Shown: positions 1 through 11,473 of the stretch, piece after piece | Numbering within the stretch: the first letter of the stretch is position 1 | Layout of the letters: each line of letters begins with the position of its first letter | DNA from: Azolla caroliniana | Taxonomy: Eukaryota; Plantae; Polypodiophyta | Assembly (NCBI GenBank): GCA_043228905.1 | Contig: JBHGNT010000002.1 | Coordinates: 9,114,001-9,178,000 of the forward strand | Length of the DNA stretch: 64,000 nucleotides | Direction of reading: 5' to 3' | Translations under genes and position numbers: made by a program | Notes under the pieces: model-generated | Database searches by the model: none | The model's input: the letters and a program-made list of their open reading frames with translations, nothing else | Told to the model about the DNA's origin: nothing

Positions 1-480
1 GATTTGCCGGTACAAGTGTGTCGGGAAGATCGTGGCCGACCGAGGGGAGCTGGATGCACAAGAAGCTGAGGAGCTTTTCAACCGAGTAGAGGTCAAGCTT
101 TCCCTCACAATAGCATACAATTTGGAAGCGAACGGGAAGGTCGAACGAGGGCACGGGTAGATTGTCAAAGCAATAGTGTGGGCATGTGATGGATGAGTCG
201 GAAACTTGCCGAGACTTCTTCCATATGCGTTGTGGGCCAACCGGACTACACACATTTTGTTGACCGGGTACATGCCAGCCGAGCTCATGTTCGGCCAAAA
301 GCCGATCATGCCAATGGAGCGGATGATAGCCTCGTGGGTGTCGGTCAAGTGGGCGGAGGAGATGAGCCGGGAAGAATTTCTAATTGTATAGATTCGACAA
401 CTCGATGGAGGCCAGTGGATGTGGAATGAGCGACAATGAGAATAGAAGACGAGAGGAAGAAGAACAAGGGGTGTTTTCAC
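1..480 (+). mobile_element. Degenerate Ty3/Gypsy integrase fragment (same family as 46.1-47.1 kb / 58.05 kb pol)
   Basis: Reads ...KIVADRGELDA...TIAYNLEANGKVERGHG*...LPYALWANRTTH...PAELMFGQKP; DNA matches 58105-58145. Confidence 0.8.
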
Positions 481-513
481 CAGACGCAAAGATTTCTTTA
501 AGTATAACCATGT

Positions 514-715
514 TGTTGAGTGAGCAAGATCAACCAGATTCGGATCGGCTGAATACGCCAGAGCCAGATCGGTATCTGGATAGTATTCGGGAACAACCGG
601 CCAGATCAGGGAGATGGATCGGGGAGACAAATCGGAGAGCCGGATTCGAGTGTGAACCGGAAGCCTAGTAGTAGCCTAGACTACTAGGTAATCATTGTCT
701 CGTAGTTAGTGTCAG
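514..715 (+). mobile_element. Truncated Copia-type LTR (5' part), related to the LTRs at 14578/18182
   Basis: TGTTGAGTGAGCAAGATCAACC...CCGGAAGCCTAGTAG...TCGTAGTTAGTGTCAG aligns with the reverse complement of about 18420-18620. Confidence 0.7.
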
Positions 716-3700
716 TCTCCGGCTTTGTCATGTTCGACGGGGAACGGGTTAGGTGGCGTAGGTCCCAGATAAGGTTTAAGGCAAAACGCATTCACTTTTT
801 GTCGTAACACTTTCCCGGCCAGCGTGCCCAGTTGAAACGTGCCTTGTTCTGCTCCTACTATCCAGTACGGGCCTATCCAGCGGAATCTTAATTTTCCTGG
901 CATATGCCCCATGTGTGTTTGGAAAACTAATACCGCTTTTCCAACCGCAAAATCTTTTTCACGTGTATGCCAATGGCGGTCAACAAATGCTTTGCGCCGC
1001 CGTTGTTCCTGCTCTAATATGGCCATACTGCATACCCTTGTTTCTCCTAGCTCTAGCAGTCTCTATAGCCGTATTTGTGCCAATTTGCCCTCTGGTAGCC
1101 GGCCGCGTATTTGAATTCGTAGACTAGGTACCTGGAATTCAACTGGCATCACGACCTCCAAACCAAATGCCAACCTGAACAATGTTGATTGTATGCTGCT
1201 CTTATAGCCGGTACGGTATGCCCATAACGCGTTATGCAACTTGGTGTCCCAATCTATCCTGTTCTCATTGAATATCTTTTCGAGGATAGTTTGGAGTGTT
1301 TTGTTCGTGGATTCCGCCAAGCCATTTGCCTGCGGGTAATACGACGTACTTTTCTTGTGCACTACCGCGTAATGTTGGGTCAGTTCGTTGATGACCGTAT
1401 TCAGAAAGTGACTCCCTTGGTCACTAATGAGCTCGATAGAGCAGCCGAAACGACATCAGATGTGTTCGTACAGGAATTTCGTCGTAACAGCCCCAGTATT
1501 CTCGTGTAGTGGTTTTGCTTCTACCCACTTGGTGCAATAATCCGTAGCCACCAGGACATACTTATTGCTTGTTCGAGCGGCCGTCGGGGTAAAATGTCCC
1601 ACGAAATCTAACCCCCACTTTTGGAAAGGATCTAGTGGCAACACTGGTTGGTGTGGCATTCTTGCGACTTCTGTGGGCTGGCCCAGTCGTTGGCATAAAT
1701 CGCACTGTCTGCAATATTCATACGCGTCCTTTTGCGTCGTCAGCCACCAAAGTCCTGCTTGCCAAATCTTCCGGGCCGTAACATCGCCCACGTAATGTCC
1801 TCCCACCGTACCACAATGGGCTTCGCGTAGAACCGCGGCCTTCTCATCCTGTCGTATTCCACGCCTCCAGATGTCGTCACTGCCCTTGTGGTATAGTATG
1901 TCTACCACTAAATAGAAATTTCGACTCCAGACGGCCAACCGTTTTTTCTCATCCGTCCGTAATTGGGGTGGCGGTAACCCTGTGGTCAGGAAGTAGGTCA
2001 TTTCCAAGAGCCACCGATCCGGGAAGGTCTTTTCCGTTCGTTCTGCTAGCATTGCTACTTGCAGAATGTTTGCATTCAGAAAGTCGTCGTCATCCCTCTA
2101 TGCCATTTCTCCATTATCGAGTCAGCTCAAAAAATCTGCCACTACGTGTTGCGTGCCTGGGCGGTGCTGAATTACAAAGTCGAATTCTTGAAGCAGCAGC
2201 ATCCATCTCCCCAATTTCCCCGTCAACGCTTGTTTCTCCACCAAATATAGTAGTGTCGAATGATCCACGTGAAACGTGAATTTCGGCCCTATCAGATAAT
2301 GCCGGAACTTATTGATGTTGTAGATCATACCCAACGCCTCACGTTCCGTTGTGGAATAGTTACGCTCAGCCGTTGATAATTTCCAACTAGCGTAGTACAC
2401 CAGCCAGTACCAATTCGGCTCCGTGAGTTGCATTAGCGCACTACCTATTGCTATGTCCAAGGCATCTACGAACACGTGGAATGGCTTCGCCCAAACTGGT
2501 GGATGTACGACAGGTGCCTGCGTTAGCATTACTTTTAGCGCATCATATGCCTTTTCTTCCATAGTTGTCCATTGGAAGGGAGTCCGATGAACAGCGGCAT
2601 GTAACGGCGTGGCGAAGTCCGCCAAATAGCATATCATCCCACTGTGCCATCGTATTTGTCCTAAAAAACGGCTGAGTGATTTCGCGTTTGTCAGCGTTCT
2701 CACATGCGTAATCGCGGAGATTTTATTCCGATCGACCGCTATCCCGTCCTTGCTGACTATATGGCCGAGGAAAGCCCCGCTGGTAATGCCGAAGGCACAT
2801 TTGGCGGGATTCAAGCTTAAGCGTGCGGTTCGGCAACGTTCCAGGAACAATTGCAGATGCGTAAAATGGTTGGTTGTTGTCCCATATGCAACAAAATCGT
2901 CTAAAAAAACTTGCATGAAGGCCGGAATATATTCCCCAAAAATCTCCATGATTGTCCGTTGAAATGTTGCCGGCACCATCTTTAGCCCGAACATCATGAC
3001 AACTGCAACATAGACTCCCCAGTCCGTGACAAACGTCGTCTTCTCTTGGTCATCGGGGTGCACGCATACTTGGTTCTACCCACTGAAGCCATCTAAAAAA
3101 CTATACATGTCATGCCCCGCGACGGCGTCTAATACGCTATCAGTGAAAGGTAAAGGGAATGCGTCAATAATGGTTACGACGTTTAGTTTCCGGTAGTCCA
3201 CGCATACCCGTATTTTGCCATTTTTCTTTGGTACGACTACGATCGAGCTTAACCATGTAGCTTGTTTAACTGGTCGTATGAATCCTGCCTTGAGGAGTTT
3301 GTCAATTTCTTCTTTTATGCGGGCCGCGTAGTTTGAGTTCATGCAGTATCGACACTGCTGGACCGGTTTTGCGTCGGTTGCTAAATTGATCTTATGTTGA
3401 TAGAACTTCGGATCTAACCCCTTCATGTCCTCGTGGGCCCAGGCGAACACATCTTTATACTTCTGCAATAGTGCTATCATCGTGTCTCTTTGATCCGGCA
3501 TTAATTCTTTTGTGATGGAGAGGAAACGACATTAATTCTTTTGCGGTATCTCATCTTGCACGGCCCAATCAGCCTTTTTTGTTTGCTAACGTGTCATGAC
3601 TTGTTGTACTTCTGTCGTAATTTTATTGACGGCGGGCCCCTTGCCCTTGCGAACTCAGCATTGTGTGGCATAATGTCCGGGTTGTGGACAAACAAAACAA

Positions 3701-4924
3701 TGGATGCTCGATTCGCCCTTCTCGGCCCCTTATGGTGTATGTCAATCCCCAGGTGCGACATGTTCCTCCTGGTCCTAATTCGTTCTCGGAGCGTACGCGG
3801 TGGTTGCTGTTGGTCCCGGCGTGGTTCCTGGTGCCGATCATCGTCCGAACTTTCATCGTACCGCCGTTGGTCCCAATATTGACGATGCTTTCCGCGAGGC
3901 CCATTGAAGCCGCCACGTTTGTTCGTTGGACGGTAATTCTCATAGTGTTGGCCCCCTTTAGTACTTATGGGGTTGCCACGGTATTCTTCCTCCTCCGGCT
4001 CGTCTTCCTCGGAATCGTTGTGATTCTGGCGATTCCGGTAGTGTCAGTCATTGCGTGGGTTTCGATCCATATACTGTGGTCGTTCTTCCTACCGCCTTGT
4101 TCATTACAGCGTGGGGGACGTTGTGTTTCCACGTTGTGTACTATGGGCGTGTTCAACAAATTGTACTCGCACTACTCAACTGTGTGAGCTTTCGAGTGAC
4201 AGATTGGACAGTGGATTCGCATGTTGCATTCAACTACAGAATGCCCCGAATTGAAGCAAATCGTACACTGGATCGCTTGGCGAAAATGTCATTCCTCGTC
4301 CTGAGGTAACGCTTGTCGTAATGAGGACATGGAAAACCTTTCCTCTTCTTCGTCCAGCTCAAGCTGTAGTGCGCTTTCTATGACCATATCGGTCGTTTCC
4401 CCTTTCACGCTTCACGCTATTGTTGTTGAGCGTTGTCTGTATGGGTCGGCGTAATGTTGCCAAAAATGTCTCCCTATCCTAGTCCTCCGTCGGGCCCCAT
4501 TCTAATTTTCGTCGTAGATTTTGGAAGCGTAAACTGAAATCTGCTACCATCTCGGTTGGCAACTGTTTAATTGTGTAAAACTACCCGAGGATTTCGCGTT
4601 GCGGCACCTTCCGATGAAAAAACTGCAGAAAGGTTGACTACAGCTGGTCAAAGGTCGTGATTGCTAGCAGATCCATCTATGAATGCCAAAACGCCGCTCT
4701 CCCATCCAAGGTTAAACCAAACTCCGTCATTTTGGACTGGTGCACTACTCCTTCAGAAAGGCTCTGTGCCATGTGGTTTGCAATCCAAACATTGAGGAAC
4801 AGTCAGATGTGGGTTGCGGCGTCGGTTTCGCCGTTGAAGCGGGGATAAGCAAAGGCCATGTTGGGTGCTACGGTGGGCAGGGAAAGGCCACAGTGCTTTT
4901 GTGGTGAGCTCGCTTCCTGCGTAT

Positions 4925-5796
4925 CGCCGAGGTATTTGGAGAGTGAGAAATCTTCTTTGTGGTCCCGACAGGTGTTACTGAGATTACTGAGGTGAGGCTT
5001 TTGCCATGCGCGTTCTTCTGCCTGGCGTGTGATGGACCTTGTGATTGGTCGGTCTTGTCGTGTTGGTTCTCTAGGGTGTCTACGGCTAAACATCCATTCA
5101 TCGGTGTTCGTTTGTGAGAAGACACAGATCACCAAGCGTGCCAAAAGTGTTACCGATTAGGAACACGGTCTATGGTCCATCCTTCGACCTAGACCTCAAA
5201 GTGATTGTGTGACAACAAATGGTAGCGTCTGTGCATAATACTTAGTGGGATACCTCCCATAACCTAGCAGCGTATAAGGGAGACGGCTACAACCGAGCTC
5301 CTTAGACAATGGGCTAGCACACACACTGCTACTCACGCCTACGCTCTTACGACTGTGCTACGTCGAGGTATTTGGAGAGTGAGAAATCGTCTTTGTGGTC
5401 CCGACAAGTGTTACTGAGATTACTGAGGTGAGGCTTTTGCCGTGCGCGTTCCTCTGCCTGGCGTGTGATGGACCTTGTGATTGGTCGGTCTTGTCGTGTT
5501 GGTTCTCTAGGGTGTCTACGGCTAAACATCCATTCATCGGTGTTCGTTTGTGAGAAGACACAGATCACCAAGCGTGCCAAAAGTGTTACCGATTAGGAAC
5601 ACGGTCTATGGTCCGTCCTTCGACCTAGACCTCAAAGTGATTGTGTGACAACAAATGGTAGCGTCTGTGCATAATACTTAGTGGGATACCTCCCATAACC
5701 TAGCAGCGTATAAGGGAGACGGCTACAACCGAGCTCCTTAGACAATGGGCTAGCACACACACTGCTACTCACGCCTACGCTCTTACGATTGTGCTA
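4925..5796. repeat. Near-identical 436-bp tandem duplication spanning leader, PBS and LTR 3' end
   Basis: CGAGGTATTTGGAGAG at 4928 and 5364; duplicated ORF translations 4803-5144 and 5347-5580. Confidence 0.95.
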
Positions 5797-6049
5797 CGCC
5801 ACCAAGGATTACAGACACACAGTAGATTAACCACAGATACGCACAGATATCAGAGAAGATAGAACTCTATTAAGATACGCCTTTTACATTCAAAATTACA
5901 CGCTACCTCTATCAGAGGTTTTCTGCCCTTTATATACACAGGGTCTTTTAGCCGTTCACACTTCCCGCGTGAACCGTTTATATGTGTTACAATATTACTC
6001 TATTCCATATTACTGCGCTCTTGTCCGTCGGTTACTATTCCGGCGGACA
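5584..6049 (-). repeat. 5' LTR of the Tat/Athila-like Gypsy (TGTCCG...GTAACA on -), followed by a tRNA-Arg-like PBS TGGCACGCTTGGT
   Basis: TG..CA termini; ACCAAGCGTGCCA lies just inside on +; Copia sequence begins right after 6049. Confidence 0.7.
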
Positions 6050-6050
6050 A

Positions 6051-6882
6051 TAGGAATGCGGTAAAATGGATACTCCGGTACTTAAAAGGCACCTCAACTG
6101 TGTATCTCTGATTCGGCTCCAGTAAACCTCAACTTGACGGTTTCACCGATTCGGATATGTCGGCTGATGCGGATACCAGCCGGTCAACATCAGGATATGT
6201 TATGACATATGCAAGGGGAGTTGTTTCGTGGCAGTCGAGGCTACAAAAGATGGTTGCGTTGTCAACCACGGAAGCTAAGTACATGGCGGCTGTGGAAGCC
6301 GGAAAGGAAATATTGTGGATGAAGGACTTCATCGAAGAGCTAGGGATCCGGCAAGAGGAATACCAGCTCTATTGCGATAGTCAAAGCGCCATCCACCTTG
6401 CGAAGAACATGGCATATCATTCCAGGACAAAGCACATCCAGCATAGGTACCACTGGATCCGGGAGCGAGTTGAAGATCAAGAGTTCGTGCTGACGAAGAT
6501 CCATACGGAGGAGAACGGGTCAGACATGCTGACCAAAGTGCTGACACCCGACAAGCTGGACGCATGTCGGACGCGGATCGTATTGATGAGGCATCCCATG
6601 CCGGAGTGAAGGGGGAGTTTCTTAGGATTTCGGTCCCTCTGGTTGGGATGATGAAGGCCCGACAAGAACCGGATGATGAAGGCCCGGTGAGAACTGGATG
6701 ACGAGTACCCGGTAAGAGTCGGATGATGCAAGCCCGGTGAGAACCTCTCACCGGATGAAGGGACATATTTGTAAATAACTTGAAAGTCATATTAGTATAA
6801 ATATGACTTAGGGCAAACAGGTTTATGTGGAGTGGTAGGTCATTCTTTGTGTTGTTTGTGTAATTGTTGTACAGAGTGTAAC

Positions 6883-6929
<47 letters not shown>

Positions 6930-7220
6930 AAGTGATTCTCTGTTGTAACCGCCGCCAGGCGAAGAGAGTGAGCACGAGGTCGTTGCCTCTGTGCCCCTCT
7001 ATTGTATTCTTTTGACACAATGATAGTTTGGGGTCTGTGGGCTCCCGTGGTTTTTCCCTCTCAGGGTTTTCCACGTTAATATCTTGTGTACTCTCTTGTT
7101 TACAGTGTTTTGTGTATACGTGCATCTATCTCCACATTCTCATTTCTGTGTTCGTAATTCTCAACGAAGTGATTGAAGACTCGGTTGTGGCCGAGCATTA
7201 TTCCGCATATTCTTTACACA
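6051..7220 (+). mobile_element. Ty1/Copia 3' end: RNase H, PPT and 3' LTR (same family as 47133-58045)
   Basis: GFTDSDM..STSGYV..SWQSRLQK..LSTTEA..CDSQSAIHLAKN..RHPMPE*; PPT GAGTGAAGGGGGAGTT 6604-6619; LTR about 6620-7220 with a (GA)n tract. Confidence 0.92.
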
Positions 7221-8976
7221 TTGTTAATGTGGCTCAACCTTGGCATGGTTCACTCCGTTGTTAGAAAAGAAATCTCCTTTACTAAACAATTTTGAAAAGT
7301 TTTTAAGTGAGTTTAAAGCCTGTTTTGGAGATACTTACATCATAAGGACAACAATCAACAAAATCTGACGATTACGTCAAGGTGATTGTCCAGCCTCTGC
7401 ATACGCTGCAAATTTCCACTTACTCACCTCTGATATGCCCTGGGATGACCAAGCACTTATGGAGCAATTTCGTTATGGTCTACGTAACGATCTCAAGGAT
7501 TTACTCTTGACCTTCCCCGAAGAACCAAAGTCATTGACAAAAGCAATCAGTCGCGCGGTGAGATGCTACAACCATCTTTTGGAATGACGTTCGGAATGTC
7601 AATTCTAGGTGCCAAGGGCAAGATCAGAGCCCACCTACGCCTCAATGGTAGCAAAACCTTTTCCAAGGTAGTCATATAATGTGTCTCCAATGAATACTCC
7701 AACTCCGATGGAAATTGACATTACACGTCGTCACATACCATTATCGGAAGAAGAAAAGCAGCAACGCCGAGCAAATCGACTATGTCTTTATTGCAGTGGA
7801 CCAAGGCATATCACAATGAATTGTCCCCATAGGCCAAGAAGACAGGTGAACCAAATAGTTGTTACTTCTAATTGTACTAAACCCGAGTTTATTTCAGTAG
7901 GAATATCGAATAGTCCTAATAGTACTAATAGCTCAAATCTATCGAACAAATTTGATGTCCTTAGTCAATTAGAAGTTCAGAGTTAAACGACTAAGTCCAG
8001 CCAAGATAGGAGTCGTTTGGTTGGACAGTCGTAGATCTGTTTAGCCCATTAGTAGTTCCATTCCCTCTAAGCAAGTTTGCAATGTGTTCTAAAAGTACCT
8101 CTCCAGTACATGTCTCAACACTCCTAGATTCCGGAGCTAATTCTTGCGTCATGGATAGGAATTTTGCCCAAGCTCATCAGATATCCCTAAGAAAACTCCC
8201 GTGTCCGGCCTCTATAGTAGTCATTGATGGTCGTCCCATTGCTTCCGGAAATATCATAGAAGAGTCAGAGCTCGTTAATATTGTCCTAGATAATTTAGCG
8301 TGTGTAGTATCCTATAATTAGTATCCCAGAACATCCCATTGTTTTGGGATTACCATGCTTCGAATTACATAACCCAGACATAGATTGGAGAACAAGAGAA
8401 ATCCGGTATCGACAAACTCGAGGATCTACTCATAAGATTGCAACCATTTCGCTACATCAGTTGCGTGAGGAAGGACACAAGGAAGAAACAATTCTCTTCG
8501 TAGTATCAGTAAAACCCTCCAACACCACTAAAGAGGAGTCCACCATTCAACTTCTAGAGAAGTATCGTCATTGTGCCGATGTGTTCGATAATGTACAAGC
8601 TAATACGCTTCCTCACCATCAACCGTATGATTGCCCCATCGATTTACAACCAGGAAAAGAGCCACCATGGGGACCGATCTACAATTTGTCACCAACCGAG
8701 CTAGAAGTCCTTCGAGCCTAAATAGAGGAGAATTTGGCAAATGGTTTCATTCGACATTCGAAATCTCCAACCGGCACACCCATTTTCTTCGTCAAGAAAA
8801 AGGATGGATCACTTTGTCTCGTCGTAGATTATTGTGGCTTGAATAAGGTCACCATCAAGAATAGGTATGCACTTCCCCTTATCTCAAGTCTTTTAGAACG
8901 GATCAATGGTGCAAGGTTCTTCACAAAGATCGAGTTACGAGGAGCATATAATCTCGTATAGATCCGACCAGGAGAT
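7221..8976 (+). mobile_element. Decayed chromovirus (Tcn1/Sushi-like Gypsy): gag, protease, RT N-terminus
   Basis: gag (RLRQG..AYAANF..WDDQALMEQFRYGL), knuckle CLYCSGPRHITMNC, protease [33 protein letters not shown]; ends abruptly at IRPGD. Confidence 0.9.
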
Positions 8977-11473
8977 GTAGCCCTTGGATCTAACTTATTT
9001 CTTTGAAGATTTGGCACAAAAGCATAAGCATTACAACCAAAAATATGAAGGTTACTTAAGTTAGGTTTGTGACCATGGCATAATCCAGAAGGCGTTTGGA
9101 GCCCCCAAGATCTATGAAATCCTTGATTTTGAATATAGCAAGCGGTGCCAACCACTTCCTCCCAAAATTTAGGCGATAAGTGAGCAAATTGTAACATACT
9201 CCAAGCCATATTGAGAAGTGATCTATTCTTCCTTTCAGATACACCATTTTGTTGTGGTGTGTGTGGCGTTGATATTCTATGATGTATGTCTTCATTTTGA
9301 TACAAACTTTGCAATTCATGAGACATACACTCACCACCACCATCGGTTTGAAGAATTTTAATCTTTGATGATGTTTGCACTTCAACTCGAGCCTTGTATT
9401 CTTTGAATGCTTGATAAGCTTGAGTTTTGTACTTGAGAAAATGCAAGATTGTAAATCGACTAAAGTCATCTATTAAGCTAATGAAATATTTGGCTCCACT
9501 AAGAGAAGGGGTTGGAAAACGTCCACAAAGATCACTATGTACTAATGCAAGGGGGGTAGAGGCTGTAGATCTATGCTTTGGGAAGGGTTGTTGGGGCATT
9601 TTCCCAAGGATACAACTTTCACACAAAGAGATGGGCTTGAAAGGTTCTTTTGGCAAACCATGGAATAGATTATTACATTGTAATGTTTTTAGAGCATTGA
9701 AATGCATATGGCCTAGAAGAAAATGCCAAAGAGAAGAGGGAGAATGTAGATTAGTTAGAGATATAGAGGATTGAATTGGGGTAGAATGATGTGCTTCTAA
9801 AATAAGACATGTAGGAATGCATTTTATGGGATATAAGCCTCCTTCTCGTTTACAACAAGTTCTAATAAGTTCTCCATTTGAGGCTTTATGTTTAATAATT
9901 GTATGGTTTGGATGAAATTCAATGATAGTACCATTTGTCATTGCTTGACTAATTGATAGCAAACGTTTGGTGATGCCCGGGACATAGAGAACTTCATTGA
10001 TTGTGAAATGTCTTCCTCTTGTGACTTCAAAAGTAATATCACCCTTGCCAATAGCTTGTTTAGTCCCATTATTTCCAAATCTTACAATGATAGGAGGTTC
10101 AACTTCCTTATAGTTACATAACCAATCTTTTCTATTAGTTAAGTGGTTAGTAGCACTAGGATCGAGATACCATGTCTTTTACATTACTTGGATTTGGAGT
10201 GGTAGGGGAAAGTGATTCGGCAATGAATGCTTGAAGAACATTGTCATACTTGTCACCATGCGCGGCAATATTTTGTTGCATGATTAGTACGTTTGCATAT
10301 TTTGCAATAAGTATTATTGAATTGCATTCCTCCTTGTTTTGAGTTTTGATCTTTCTTTATCCATGGCTTTGAGCTTTCTCCTCTTTGGGTGAATCTTTTG
10401 TTTTTGTATGCTACCATTGCCACACTTGGAGTTGAATTTGAAGACCTTTGTGAACGCGTTGTTTCTTCCTGTGACAGGAATCCTGTCTAATGTTTGCAAA
10501 GTTTTGGGTGGTTCTGAAAGTGGACCACGAGTGAGGAAGAGCACCAAGAAGGAGAATCTTTTGTAATTTATCATGGATTTCTAATCCCGAAGTTAACACA
10601 TCATCTAATTTCTTTTGCCATATTAGTAGAATTCACCAACCGGTTGTTTGTCATTCATTTTGTAATTAACAAGCGCTTGAAGTGTATGCGCTTGTTGGGC
10701 ATCATTTTTTGGTTCGTATATAGTTTGTAAGTGCTTCCACATTTCTTGAGCCGTCTCCATTTTTTGCAATGTTTCTCCAGTGCCATCACTTACGTGCATT
10801 AGAATTTCCATTCTTGCACACAAGTCTTTTTCTTTGAATATTCTTCAAGTTCTTCGACTTTTTCAGATTTTGGTGACGATCCTGAAATTATGTCCCATAC
10901 TTTATTATATTTAAAAAGTAATTCTAATCTTGCCTTCCAAATTCGATAATTTGTGTCCAATAATTTCTCGATCGTGAATTTTTGCATGTTGAGTTGCAAC
11001 AACGACATAGATTGTGCCATTATTGTAGAGGGTTGTCCAGATCAACGCACGACAAACACAAAATTCTTTCGTTACTTGACGATCTTGGACACTATAAATA
11101 TGATTATTTTTGTATGGTCATGAAAGTTAAATTATGATAAGGGCATGTGTTTTGTGATTTAAGAAAGGCATAGACTATAGGTTATATAGATCATTTGGCT
11201 CTGATACCATGTAGGGAAAAAAAAGAAAGAGAGATAGAAAGAAAAGGGAGAGAGAGAGAGAGAGAAAGAGAGATTGCGAGAAATAGAGGATCATGTATTA
11301 TATAATAATAATGTCCACACTATTACATCATTGGTGGTGGCTTTATAAGACCACCACCGATACGGTTACAGTTTCTTTCTCATGAAGGAAACCGTATTCC
11401 TAAGACTAATAACTATTACTATTATTTATTTATTAATTTTTACTTATAATTATTATTATTTTCCACACTTACA
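8977..11473 (-). mobile_element. 5' half of a Ty1/Copia element (LTR 11210-11473, PBS-Met, gag, protease, GAG-pre-integrase, integrase)
   Basis: PBS TGGTATCAGAGC (11198-11209, -); gag NYRIWKARLE; protease WYLDPSATNH; integrase VHSDLCG..IDDFSR..QTDGGGE..PQQNGVSERKNR. Confidence 0.92.

Larger units (their letters stand above)
712..6049 (-). mobile_element. Decayed Ty3/Gypsy (Tat/Athila-like) element: 5' LTR, gag, RT, RNase H, integrase; protease region and 3' LTR missing
   Basis: gag start MAFAYPRFNGETD (~4860); CCHC knuckle CFVC..PGHYATQC (~3660-3700); RT (YKDVFAW, CVDYRKLN, FLDGFSG, VFLDD); RNase H (FVDA..AIG, EREAL); integrase (HCG..GGH..C..CDLCQ, WGLDF, QANGLAE). Stops and frameshifts throughout. 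Confidence 0.9.

Noticed and set aside
8829-9962. 377-aa ORF as a novel fusion protein
   Set aside because: Copia integrase reading through a deletion junction into antisense Gypsy RT.
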